Below the pieces are notes generated by a model. The model did not search any database and was not told the DNA's origin. It saw only the letters and a program-made list of their open reading frames with translations. The translations under genes were made by a program, and so were the position numbers. Of a DNA stretch of 64,000 bases, positions 30,849-39,958 are shown piece by piece; the stretch's first letter is position 1, and every line of letters begins with the position of its first letter. Source of the DNA: Thermodesulfobacteriota bacterium (GTDB lineage Bacteria > Desulfobacterota > Desulfarculia > JACQYL01). The stretch lies in the NCBI GenBank assembly GCA_963675595.2, contig CAXXLZ010000002.1, positions 1,600,001-1,664,000 on the forward strand, written 5' to 3'.

Positions 30849-31949
30849 TCAGCCGTTGGACCAGAAGTCGAAATTATCGACTCCGACATCCCTGAGGCCC
30901 AGTTTTGAGGCCAGGGTTTTGACTTCGTTGATTTCCGATGCCGTCGGCCGCCTTCGAAGATCCGGATCGCGGTGGGCTTCGTGTTCCGGAACGTATTGTT
31001 CCAGCACGCTCAACCGGATATTGGCCTTGTACTCGGCCAGGAGCTTGAGCGCCGGTTTGAGGCAGCACTCCACGTGACCGGGCAGGACCAGAGTCCGGAC
31101 AATAGTCCGGACATCGGATCCGCACATGGCATCAAGGCCGATTCTTGCGTACTTCATGTAATCTGCGACTTTGCTCAACCGCCGGGCGCAGTCGTCGTTG
31201 CCGTATCGGAGGTCCGACAACCAGACGTCGGTTATTTCGTTGGCCAAACGATAGAACATCTCGGTTCCGTACAAATGCGAGTTCATGACCACCGGGAGAT
31301 TGAAGTCCTGCGGTGCCTTGAATAGCAGCGCCAGGATGCCGTGGATGGACTCGGTGGGATTGGTAAACTCCAGAGAGTTGGCTTTGACTCCGAGAGTGCG
31401 AAGTTCGGCCACCTTTGGCCAAAAGGCTGCGGGATCGATTTCAGGGTGAGATTGAGGCTGAAGGAGTTCAGGATTGATGCAGTAGCAGCAGCGCATGGCG
31501 CAGCCTGCCAAGTTGACCACGATGGCTGAGTTGATCACCGTTTCTTCGGCGATGTGGACAAAGGGTTCCGTCTGATGGACCTTTGCTCCCAGACCGCACA
31601 GGCCCTGCTTGCGGTACCGGTTGACGCCGCAGTCATGACCGCACAAGCGGCAGTCGCTCAAGAGTCGAAGGCCGGTCGCATGAAGCACGTCAAGTCGGGA
31701 GTACATTGTTCCATTTTCCGTGTTGTGGTCAGCATCAAGATCGAGATCGCTCAAATCCAGCTCCAGGAAAGACTTTTCGCTTCTGATGAAGGGCTTCCGC
31801 TGTTTCTGGAATCTGGGGATGAAGTCGTTTTTCGGTGGCACGGATTCCACACGGAAACCGGGGTCCATGGAGGAAAGGAAAGGGATCATTCCCGGTCCCG
31901 GGTCGTGAAAGATGAGTTGACCGTCGGCGGTCTGGTAGATTCGATTCAT
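30849..31949 (-). CDS. PflX-like radical SAM protein
   Basis: CRLCGHDCGVNR..GLC, GCAMRCCYCIN, SDLRYGND and RTLVLPGHVECC motifs. Confidence 0.85.
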   Translation of the reverse strand: MNRIYQTADGQLIFHDPGPGMIPFLSSMDPGFRVESVPPKNDFIPRFQKQRKPFIRSEKSFLELDLSDLDLDADHNTENGTMYSRLDVLHATGLRLLSDCRLCGHDCGVNRYRKQGLCGLGAKVHQTEPFVHIAEETVINSAIVVNLAGCAMRCCYCINPELLQPQSHPEIDPAAFWPKVAELRTLGVKANSLEFTNPTESIHGILALLFKAPQDFNLPVVMNSHLYGTEMFYRLANEITDVWLSDLRYGNDDCARRLSKVADYMKYARIGLDAMCGSDVRTIVRTLVLPGHVECCLKPALKLLAEYKANIRLSVLEQYVPEHEAHRDPDLRRRPTASEINEVKTLASKLGLRDVGVDNFDFWSNG

Positions 31950-31951
31950 CT

Positions 31952-32566
31952 CTACCTCCTTACATAGACGAGTTCAGGTTCCCGCAGTTTTGCCGCTGTG
32001 ATGAGATCATCCACAGTGATTCGAACCGTTTCGGTTTCTTCGGGCAGCTGTTTGACCTCGGTGACCTTGAGGCCTGCGTATTCCACCAGGTCTTCCAGGG
32101 TCTTCACTTCCCGGCTCGGGAGCTGCGGGCTCTGAACAGGCACCGGGACTTCCTTCTTGGGCGGTTCGGGCAGTGCCGGAATCCGAGTATCGGGGAGATC
32201 AGGCTGTTTGACTTGCCAGTCATAGGAGATGTCCGGAAGAGGCGGAAGAGGATCCTGAAGACCGCCGAATTCCACCGGAGCCGGCAGTTCGGCCTGCGGC
32301 GAAATACTTTCCGCCATATCCAAATAAGGAACCTCTTTGTTCTCCATCCGAGCTTCAACGTTCTGTAGCAGCCAGTCCGCTGATGCGCCGAAGCGCATCA
32401 TGGCTCTGTCTTCAGGACTGAGTTTGGATAGAAATTCATTCTTTTTTCTGTTGATTTCTTTGGCGGCTGCGACTGTAGCGCTCGACACCGCGCTTGCCGC
32501 CTTTTTGACCTGCACTGCGATGTCGTTGAACGACACCGGGCTTTTCATGACCACTGCTCTGCTCAT
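31952..32566 (-). CDS. Hypothetical protein with Pro-rich linker
   Basis: ATGA-coupled to the upstream gene. Confidence 0.7.
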   Translation of the reverse strand: MSRAVVMKSPVSFNDIAVQVKKAASAVSSATVAAAKEINRKKNEFLSKLSPEDRAMMRFGASADWLLQNVEARMENKEVPYLDMAESISPQAELPAPVEFGGLQDPLPPLPDISYDWQVKQPDLPDTRIPALPEPPKKEVPVPVQSPQLPSREVKTLEDLVEYAGLKVTEVKQLPEETETVRITVDDLITAAKLREPELVYVRR

Positions 32567-34200
32567 GGTTCAATCCTCCTGTCGGCGGAAAACGAGATCA
32601 GAGTTGCCTTGCTTTCCTTGAAGAACGCAGCCCAGAAGTCTCTCAGGCTTCTCCAGTAGGCTGCGTCCTTGTCGGCCGTGTGTACGCCGAGGCACCGAAC
32701 ACTCACCCCCGGAAGTGACGGAACAAGCCCTAACTGGTGTAATCGTTCCAGCCAGTATTCGGTCTTGATGAGGGGCGGTTTCTCGAAATTGTCGCCCTGG
32801 GCGCATTGGCGCATATCGCTGAAGATGATCAGGCGCTTGGGTTCTTTGCTCTGAGAGAAGTAGAGTTCCGCCAGGTTCACTGCGCCGAGGATGTCCGTGG
32901 AATCCTCTGTGGGTTCCAAATGAAGCTCTTCTATGCGATGGATCACCTCCAATCTTTTCTTGTTGATGACTTCTCCGAAGTACCCGGTGCGGCTCGGCAT
33001 CAGAGCTTCGAGGAGCACGTAGGGCCTGCTGAAGGAATCGCCGGTTATCGCGATGATTCGGAGGAAGTCACCAGGTTGGGTTTGGGTTTTCACGTAATCC
33101 CTCATTCCCTCCAGGTTCTTCTGAAACTCGGTGTCTACACCGCGGTAGCCGGTAGCGATCTGGCTTTTGGAAAGGTCCAAAAGGACGATGTGTTCGTCGG
33201 CAAAAGCGTTGCTTTTCAGGAACAGGAAGACGAGGATTGCTGCGAGGATGATGATCAGAGGCAAGAGAGGGATCAGCTTATCTCCGAAGGATTTGAAGCC
33301 GGAACCTTCGGTAATTCCCGAGAATCCTCCCATGTCCGTCTGCCGGGATTTTCTTGATTCCTCTGCGAGGAGCCCTTCCTCGAAATCCGCGTCAAAGGAG
33401 AACTCTTCACCATTTTGATCGATGACTTGATTTTGATAGCTTTCCTGTCGTCGTCTCTCCTTTTCGATTTTCGAGTGAATTCGCCAAACAGACAGGGCCT
33501 GGGGAATCCTGTGTTTGATGTCGTGATAGGTGCAGCCTGCGATGAGCATAAAGGCCATGGTGAGGGATCCCATGAGGAGCATGAAGGACTGGTTGTTGCC
33601 TGAGAAGAATTGCTGCGCGGCTTCAATGGAGGCGCTTAGGGAATCCGCATCCTGAATCTGGGAAAGGGCGGGCATCAGGTCAGCTCGGATGTTTCCGCCG
33701 ACCACGATCATGAAACACACGCAGAAGAGCGTGAAACAGAAAATGCCCAGGAGGGTTTTGTTGGTGTGTTGAGGGTAGCTCGCCCGATGCCATTTAAGGA
33801 ATCGATCCACGGTCTCCGTTGAAACGATCATCATGGCCAGAGCCACCCCCCACTCCGCCCAATCGCTTCCGATCCCAAACTGTTCGATCATCCATTTCAT
33901 GAAGACCAGTTCGCCGACCCCGCACAGAGCGAGGGCGCAAGCCTCAAGAAGGGCAATCACCAGAAGAACGATCGCCCCGCGAACTGAAAGATTTCCCATG
34001 GATGTTAGTTCCGCCATCAGCCTGCCCTCCTTTTCGTTTGAAACGTCGTAACCGGCTTGAAGCCGTTGGAGGTTTGCGTGTCTACGGGCTTCATGCTTTG
34101 CTTTGTGAAGGTTCTTGTAGTTTTCCCGTTCCTCGGGCGGTAATTGCGCCGCCATCCTTCCCTGCTCGAATGCGTTTACTTCGCGTTTCGTCCCTCGCAT
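32563..34200 (-). CDS. Multi-TM membrane protein with coiled coil and C-terminal vWA-like domain
   Basis: About five hydrophobic helices; MIDAS-like LLDLSKS..STDILGA..LIIFSDM. Confidence 0.75.
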   Translation of the reverse strand: MRGTKREVNAFEQGRMAAQLPPEERENYKNLHKAKHEARRHANLQRLQAGYDVSNEKEGRLMAELTSMGNLSVRGAIVLLVIALLEACALALCGVGELVFMKWMIEQFGIGSDWAEWGVALAMMIVSTETVDRFLKWHRASYPQHTNKTLLGIFCFTLFCVCFMIVVGGNIRADLMPALSQIQDADSLSASIEAAQQFFSGNNQSFMLLMGSLTMAFMLIAGCTYHDIKHRIPQALSVWRIHSKIEKERRRQESYQNQVIDQNGEEFSFDADFEEGLLAEESRKSRQTDMGGFSGITEGSGFKSFGDKLIPLLPLIIILAAILVFLFLKSNAFADEHIVLLDLSKSQIATGYRGVDTEFQKNLEGMRDYVKTQTQPGDFLRIIAITGDSFSRPYVLLEALMPSRTGYFGEVINKKRLEVIHRIEELHLEPTEDSTDILGAVNLAELYFSQSKEPKRLIIFSDMRQCAQGDNFEKPPLIKTEYWLERLHQLGLVPSLPGVSVRCLGVHTADKDAAYWRSLRDFWAAFFKESKATLISFSADRRIEP

Positions 34201-34351
34201 AAGTCCTCCTCCTTTACCCCTACCGTCCCAAACTTCCGAGGTGTCGGTCAGGGTTCTTCGCCTCTTTTCTTCGTCTCTGAAAGGAACTATCCGGATTCGA
34301 GTGACTGCGTGTCGGCGGCTCCGCTTTTTTTCACTCCCAAGTGGCGAAAGA

Positions 34352-34367
34352 CCGAAAGCTTTAAATA
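34352..34367 (+). promoter_or_regulatory. Archaeal-style BRE-TATA motif
   Basis: CCGAAAGC-TTTAAATA; first T lies 30 nt before ATG 34390, which has no SD. Confidence 0.5.
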
Positions 34368-34389
34368 GCCGGGCGCATTCCCACTACTC

Positions 34390-34875
34390 ATGAATGGCGA
34401 CATTTCAAACCGGATGTATTCGTACGGTCCGATTGCCGGATCGAACTACTTACTCAATGAATCCTATCTGGGAACAGTCGGGGTCATGCGCACCGAACGG
34501 GATGTTTCTTCTACAGAGAATTCCACCGTCGCGCTGATGCTCGATTCCAAGGTCGACCGGTCGGATCGAAGGATCGAGGCGGTCATCGAGGCCATGGAAA
34601 AGCGAAGGCTGATCAAAGAGGAAAACCTCTCCGGCATCGAGCAGGATATTTGCACCTGCCGGAACCTCATTTTCGAGATGGGCTACAAGGTCTATCGAAG
34701 GGACAGGGACTGGATCGCGTTGGAGACCCGACAGATCGATCTTGAACGGGACCGGAGAATGGAACTTGCCGCCTATTTCAGGGACATTCTGCTTTTAGGA
34801 AAGGAACTCAGGGATACCGTGGAGTACCGGAGGTCGATAGAGGACAAGACCAAGCTGCTGGGGGGGATAAGCTGA
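34390..34875 (+). CDS. Hypothetical coiled-coil protein
   Basis: 161 aa; first gene of the nuclease/HerA operon. Confidence 0.7.
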   Translation: MNGDISNRMYSYGPIAGSNYLLNESYLGTVGVMRTERDVSSTENSTVALMLDSKVDRSDRRIEAVIEAMEKRRLIKEENLSGIEQDICTCRNLIFEMGYKVYRRDRDWIALETRQIDLERDRRMELAAYFRDILLLGKELRDTVEYRRSIEDKTKLLGGIS

Positions 34876-34877
34876 AA

Positions 34878-35039
34878 ATGAAATACCACTACAAAGACAT
34901 CACCATGACGGACGTGGAGAAGCTCTACGAGGTGCCGGGGGCTTTTGCTCTCGCCATGGAAAAACATCAACTGGAAAAAGTGATCGTGTATTTTGTTCGG
35001 GAAATGCAGGTGCGGAGCCGTTTTGACCGATCAAAATGA
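34878..35039 (+). CDS. Small hypothetical protein (53 aa)
   Basis: MKYHYKDITMTDVEKLYE...; its stop overlaps the next start (ATGA); below the ORF-track size cutoff. Confidence 0.6.
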   Translation: MKYHYKDITMTDVEKLYEVPGAFALAMEKHQLEKVIVYFVREMQVRSRFDRSK

Positions 35040-35806
35040 CCTTCAAACGAATGCTGAGCCCGTCGGCCATTCTGGCCTACAAACGGGATGAGAAATTCCG
35101 GTGGGGATGCCCGAGAAAATTCTATCTGAGATACATCAGGAAACTGAAGACCAAACCCAAGATGTGCTTCATCGTGGGGCAGGTGGTTCACCAGGCAGCG
35201 GAAGCCTTTGTACGGGATTACAAAGCCGAACATTTGGAGCAGCCTTATGCGGATGCGCGAAAGCGCATATTGGACAGGGTGGATTTCCTATGGAACTCGA
35301 GAATTCTCGAGATTCGGAAGCTCTCCGGCGGTCGGGACGAAGCAGAGACCCAACTTGTTGAGGCTCGAAAGATGGCTTTGAACTGGCTTCACCAGTTTAT
35401 CCGAGAAGTAAGCAGAGGAAGAAGCCCGCCTGAGCCGGAAAAACGGCTATTGAGTCAACTTCATGGTGCCCAAGGTATCGTGGATGCCCGCTATTCTCGA
35501 GAATTCATCGAGATCAGGGATTATAAGACTTCGAAATATCAAGACATTACCCCCGACATCAAACTCCAGCTTGCGATCTATGCCCTCCTCGAGCAGGAAG
35601 TGCACGGAAAACTTCCCGATCGAGTCTCAGTCCATTTCCTGAAATTCCCATCCTCCAAAGACAATCCCAAAATTTTCAAGCCTACCCAAGAACTCGTGGA
35701 TTGGGCTGCGGAAGAAATCCGCCGAATGCACGAGCTGACCGAGTCGGAGCATGAAGAGGACTACCCCTGTCTATGCGGTGGATGGTGTGAGAGGGAATTT
35801 CAATGA
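35036..35806 (+). CDS. PD-(D/E)XK nuclease (RecB/Cas4-like)
   Basis: LSPS, GCPRKFYLRY, GQVVH, GIVD, DYKTS, QLAIYA and a C-terminal CLCGGWC. Confidence 0.88.
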   Translation: MTFKRMLSPSAILAYKRDEKFRWGCPRKFYLRYIRKLKTKPKMCFIVGQVVHQAAEAFVRDYKAEHLEQPYADARKRILDRVDFLWNSRILEIRKLSGGRDEAETQLVEARKMALNWLHQFIREVSRGRSPPEPEKRLLSQLHGAQGIVDARYSREFIEIRDYKTSKYQDITPDIKLQLAIYALLEQEVHGKLPDRVSVHFLKFPSSKDNPKIFKPTQELVDWAAEEIRRMHELTESEHEEDYPCLCGGWCEREFQ

Positions 35807-37749
35807 TCGTAACTGTTGCCGAAAAACTGAGACGGCTCGAGCCCTTCGTCTCTTCAGGAGAACTTCGGGCTCTGTGGTCGCTTTATCAGATAGAGGAGAA
35901 TCCGAGAGCCAAGAGGGAGATCGAATCCATGGTCGATTACATGCTCCTGCAGCATACGGGAGTGGCGTTCGAGAACGCCGTTATGCTGCCGCCGCCTGGG
36001 GAAGATGAAGCGGCCGGGGAATTGCAGCTCGGACACGTCTCCTATTGCGGCAAGAAGCTCTATCCTTTCGGTCTCAGAAAGGACGAGTTGATTCGCCATG
36101 TGGGACTTTTCGGGCAGACCGGTTCCGGAAAAACTACCGCTTGCATGAATCTTCTGGGAGAGTTCGTCAAGGCGAAGATTCCGTTTCTGATCTTCGACTG
36201 GAAACGAAACTACCGGGACCTTTTGACACATCCCGACTTCCGAAACGAGGACATCCTGATCTTTACCGTGGGAAGGGAGGTCAGCCCTTTCCGTTTCAAT
36301 CCAAAGATTCCTCCGCCCGGAGTGGAGTCTCCCATCTGGTCGAAGAAGCTGATGGAGATCATCGAGAAGGCTTATCTCTTAGGGCCCGGTGCGTCGGACG
36401 TTTTGATGGACGCCATGAGCCTGCCCGACTTCGCGGAAATGAAGCGCTATATCGACAAGCAAAACCGCCGAGGCAGAGAAATGCTTTGGCTGAGTTCGGC
36501 CAAGCGAACCCTGAACAGTCTCACCTTCCCGGGCTTGAATGAAGTCCTAAATTCTCATTCCCAAATTCCCATCGAAGAGTTGCTCCGAAAAAACGTGATC
36601 CTGGAATTGGACGGTCTTTCGGATTCGGACAAGACCTTCATCATCGGAAGCCTGCTCCTATGGATCTACTTCTACCGAATGCAGGAGCCGGAAAGGGAGA
36701 TTCTGAAGCACATGATCGTCATCGAGGAAGCGCATCATCTGCTTCTTCGAACGAGCAAGGAAGAGGATATCACGGACGTCATGATGAGGGAGATCAGGGA
36801 ACTCGGGGAAGGCATCGTGATCCTCGATCAGCATCCCCACAAAGTCTCAGTCTCAGCCCTTGGGAATGTCTACACCCGGATCGGCTTTCAAACCTCTCTG
36901 TCTCAAGATTTCTCGAGTTTGAGCCGTTCCCAGCTCATTCCCATTGGGAATGAGGCCTACTACGGCATGCTCAAGGTGGGAGAGGCCATTGTGAAGACCG
37001 GAAGGGTCCCGTTTCCGTTCCTGATAACGGTGCCGGAATTCAAAATCGACAAGGGAATGGTACGGGATAAACTCATCCAAGACAGGATAAACTCTCTTAC
37101 AGTTAATGAATATCATGATCATGGTTTTCCGCAAGAAAACACGTCGTTTAGGATGATTTCAAACTCGGAAACACTCTCCCCCGTGGAGCGGATTTTGTTG
37201 GAAGACATCGCGCTTCATCCTTTTGACGGAGTTCAGAAACGTTACAAGAAGCTCGGAATGAACCCTCGGGAGGGAACTCTCTGCCTGGAAGATCTCATCA
37301 CGAAAGGCCTGCTCAAAGAAGTCCTTGTGGATCGAAACCGGCTCTTTGAATTGACGCCGCAGGCTGTGGAGCACCTCCACAGAGAAGGCCTGAAACTCGA
37401 GAATTCTCGAGTTCGGGGCGGTTTGGAGCACAACTTCTGGGTCGAAAGAATAAGAGTGGCGCTCGCCGGTCAATGCCGAGTGTTGCTGGAAAAGGACAAC
37501 CTGGACCTCGTGGCGGACTGGAACGGTGGTTTGGCGGTTCAGGTCGAGACCGGCAAATCGGACATCAGGAAGAACATCGAGACCCTCTCGAACCACGCCT
37601 CCATTCAGAAGTTCATGATCGCGACAAACCCCGAAGCCCTCACCAAGATCCAATCACTCCTAGCGGTCGAAGGCATTCAAGCCTACCTCGCCAAAGATTT
37701 CATCGAAAAGATCATCCCCATCCTACTCACCGAAAAAGCGGAGCGTTAA
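35803..37749 (+). CDS. HerA/DUF87 (FtsK-HerA superfamily) ATPase with C-terminal wHTH and nuclease-like domain
   Basis: RHVGLFGQTGSGKT, IFDWK, VIEEAHH, RELG and LDQHP; C-terminal EH..DLV..AVQVETGKS. Confidence 0.85.
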   Translation: MIVTVAEKLRRLEPFVSSGELRALWSLYQIEENPRAKREIESMVDYMLLQHTGVAFENAVMLPPPGEDEAAGELQLGHVSYCGKKLYPFGLRKDELIRHVGLFGQTGSGKTTACMNLLGEFVKAKIPFLIFDWKRNYRDLLTHPDFRNEDILIFTVGREVSPFRFNPKIPPPGVESPIWSKKLMEIIEKAYLLGPGASDVLMDAMSLPDFAEMKRYIDKQNRRGREMLWLSSAKRTLNSLTFPGLNEVLNSHSQIPIEELLRKNVILELDGLSDSDKTFIIGSLLLWIYFYRMQEPEREILKHMIVIEEAHHLLLRTSKEEDITDVMMREIRELGEGIVILDQHPHKVSVSALGNVYTRIGFQTSLSQDFSSLSRSQLIPIGNEAYYGMLKVGEAIVKTGRVPFPFLITVPEFKIDKGMVRDKLIQDRINSLTVNEYHDHGFPQENTSFRMISNSETLSPVERILLEDIALHPFDGVQKRYKKLGMNPREGTLCLEDLITKGLLKEVLVDRNRLFELTPQAVEHLHREGLKLENSRVRGGLEHNFWVERIRVALAGQCRVLLEKDNLDLVADWNGGLAVQVETGKSDIRKNIETLSNHASIQKFMIATNPEALTKIQSLLAVEGIQAYLAKDFIEKIIPILLTEKAER

Positions 37750-37958
37750 GCGGATATCCCACGCAGCATCAGGCGCTTAACAAACCGTATCACCAATGCG
37801 GGTTTCCCCGGACCACCAATAGCGACTTTGTCGGGTGAAGCCTGTACCCACCGTTTTGCAGCGTGTCGTCCTTGAGGACGGCCCGCGTTCTTTCTTTAGC
37901 GAAAGCTCCGACACGCGAAATCAACAACCCGGATATTGATAAACAAAGGAGGTGACCA

Positions 37959-38258
37959 ATGGAAGCGTCCCCCCGCCTTCGGTCCGTTCTTACGGGGCTG
38001 AGGGAGGATTGGCGGGAAGCGGTGCAGACGGTCCAGCCGTGCCATCAATTCGGAGCGGAGCTGTTACTCGGCCTGATCGGCCTGCATCTCGAAGCAAAGG
38101 AAATCTTCAAAACCAATGAGTTACTCAAGAGAAAGGAGCTGTTGGATGAATTCTATGATCACCAAAAAACCGTCAGGAACGCAATCGGTTACCTCGGAAG
38201 TGAAGGAGCCGAGGAAACCGCCCCCGATCAGGATCGAGCGATGTCCGGACTGTGGTGA
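37959..38258 (+). CDS. Hypothetical protein
   Basis: SD AAGGAGGTGA. Confidence 0.6.
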   Translation: MEASPRLRSVLTGLREDWREAVQTVQPCHQFGAELLLGLIGLHLEAKEIFKTNELLKRKELLDEFYDHQKTVRNAIGYLGSEGAEETAPDQDRAMSGLW

Positions 38259-38319
38259 AATTCTTTACCGCGACGGAGGATGTCCGCTGTGCATCCGCTG
38301 CGGATGGAGCGGCTGTTAG
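38200..38319 (+). CDS. Zn-ribbon microprotein resembling the class II RNR C-terminal ribbon
   Basis: CPDCGEILYRDGGCPLCIRCGWSGC; start uncertain. Confidence 0.5.
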   Translation: MKEPRKPPPIRIERCPDCGEILYRDGGCPLCIRCGWSGC

Positions 38320-38351
38320 AGCATCATATCAACGAAAGAGGAGGAACGATC

Positions 38352-38609
38352 ATGAGTGAGAGCAACAAACCGGTGAGGAAGTATCGGGCAAACGGAGTCG
38401 TCGTCAGTGTTTGGGAAAACGACGGCGCAAAAGGAAACTACCATACCTTCAGTCTGCAACGCGTGTTCAAGGACGCCGACGGCAACTGGAAGACCTCGCC
38501 CAATCTTCGGGCGGGTGATCTCCCTACCGCCGCGGAATTGTTTCGGCAGGCATTCCTGGACTTCGGCATCAAGTCGATGGGCCAGGCAGGAGAAGACATT
38601 CCGTTTTAG
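38352..38609 (+). CDS. Putative ssDNA-binding protein (PC4-like) with acidic DIPF tail
   Basis: VSVWEN..SLQRVFKDADGNWK pattern; ends EDIPF like the SSB C-terminal tip. Confidence 0.6.
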   Translation: MSESNKPVRKYRANGVVVSVWENDGAKGNYHTFSLQRVFKDADGNWKTSPNLRAGDLPTAAELFRQAFLDFGIKSMGQAGEDIPF

Positions 38610-38681
38610 GGAAACATCAAGTTCACGGGCTGTCCGAGCATTGTGGACAGCCCCAATCAAGGGTTTTCCAGGGAGGTTTCT

Positions 38682-39137
38682 ATGATGAAGGAAAGAATCG
38701 ATATCGTGAGTGTCAAAATGGTCAGGGACGGCTCGATCCCCTATGGGAAGAAGCCCATAAGAGGGCCGCAGGACTTGGCTGAACTCGGCATGAAGTTCAT
38801 GGGAAACGCGGACCGGGAGATGTTTCTTCTGGTCTGCCTGAACGTCAAGAACTACGTGAACTGTATCCATCTGGTAAGCGTGGGAACCTTGAGCCAGACC
38901 ATTCTGTCCGTACGGGAAATCTTCAAGACCGTTTTCCTGAGCAATTCCGCTAAAGTGGCGTTCATCCATAATCATCCCAGCGGATGTCCGGAACCCAGCG
39001 CCGAAGATATCGCGATCACTGAGAAACTCACCCGGTGTGCCGAGCTCTTCGATGTCGGGGTGGTGGATCATGTGGTCGTGGGCGATGAAGGCCGCTTTGA
39101 AAGTCTGTCCGAGCGGGGCGTCATCAAGACTCATTGA
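38682..39137 (+). CDS. radC: RadC-family JAB-domain protein (short form)
   Basis: DRE.FL, VGTL, REIFK, HNHPSG.PEPS.ED and DHVVVG motifs. Confidence 0.92.
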   Translation: MMKERIDIVSVKMVRDGSIPYGKKPIRGPQDLAELGMKFMGNADREMFLLVCLNVKNYVNCIHLVSVGTLSQTILSVREIFKTVFLSNSAKVAFIHNHPSGCPEPSAEDIAITEKLTRCAELFDVGVVDHVVVGDEGRFESLSERGVIKTH

Positions 39138-39218
39138 TCATACATACTGGAATTAGTGTCGACCTAACGAGGCGGGAACCATGGAGTTCCAGGCCTTTTT
39201 TTGTTTCAGGAGGAAGAA

Positions 39219-39500
39219 ATGGATCATGCGCTTTACGTGAATGTTGAAGAGAAGCAGTGCCCGGAGTGCAACGGAATCCTCCAGGTGTTCGATGAATGGG
39301 AAATCTGTGAGAGCTGCGGCCGCAGTTGTTTCAACCGGAAGAAGATGATCCTGAAGCCCTGCAGGGATCGGCCCGAGCCGGCAACGTGCGGACGCTGCGG
39401 AAACATCTACCGAATCGAGTGGCTCTTTTTGGGGCTCGATTACAACGACTTCGGCGACAGATTTTGCCCCTACTGCGGACATCACACGAGCTTGTTTTAG
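39219..39500 (+). CDS. Double Zn-ribbon protein
   Basis: CPEC, CESC, CGRC and CPYCG; SD AGGAGG. Confidence 0.7.
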   Translation: MDHALYVNVEEKQCPECNGILQVFDEWEICESCGRSCFNRKKMILKPCRDRPEPATCGRCGNIYRIEWLFLGLDYNDFGDRFCPYCGHHTSLF

Positions 39501-39510
39501 GAGGAGGGTC

Positions 39511-39699
39511 ATGCGGATTCAGTGCCGGTTTTGCGGCAGTGAGTACTTCCTTCAAGTTTTCATCGAAGGAAGGGAGTTTCCCTATCTCGATCAGTGCCGC
39601 TGCGTATTCTGTGGCGGAGAATTGGAAAAGCGGGAGGTGATTTACCATGTGGAACATACCGACGAAAGAGGAATTGGACAGGCTTCCGAGGCTCTATGA
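39511..39699 (+). CDS. Zn-ribbon microprotein
   Basis: CRFCG..CVFCGG; SD GGAGG. Confidence 0.6.
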   Translation: MRIQCRFCGSEYFLQVFIEGREFPYLDQCRCVFCGGELEKREVIYHVEHTDERGIGQASEAL

Positions 39700-39958
39700 G
39701 ACCGAGGGAACGCCCATTGAAGAGAAGTTGGTCAGGCTGCATTTTTTCCTTGGAGCCTTTGACTGGTACATCGTGGAATACGACGGAGAAGACCTGTTCT
39801 GGGGCTATGCGATCCTGGGTGACCCGGAAATGGCTGAGTGGGGCTATATCTCCTTCAGCGAACTTCGAAAGTTGAAGGTGAGGCCGGGATTCGAAGTGGA
39901 TCGCGACCTCTATTGGGAGCCCAGGAAGGTCAAGCTGATCTTTGACAGTTCAAAATAA
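39647..39958 (+). CDS. DUF2958-like protein, 3' end displaced by IS1634
   Basis: LPRLYETE..WYIVEYD..AEWGY..EVDRDLYW; the native tail DVNKIRLRK* resumes at 41771. Confidence 0.8.
   Translation: MWNIPTKEELDRLPRLYETEGTPIEEKLVRLHFFLGAFDWYIVEYDGEDLFWGYAILGDPEMAEWGYISFSELRKLKVRPGFEVDRDLYWEPRKVKLIFDSSK

Noticed and set aside
35036-35806. cas4 / CRISPR-Cas locus
   Set aside because: No repeat-spacer array or other cas genes seen in the window.
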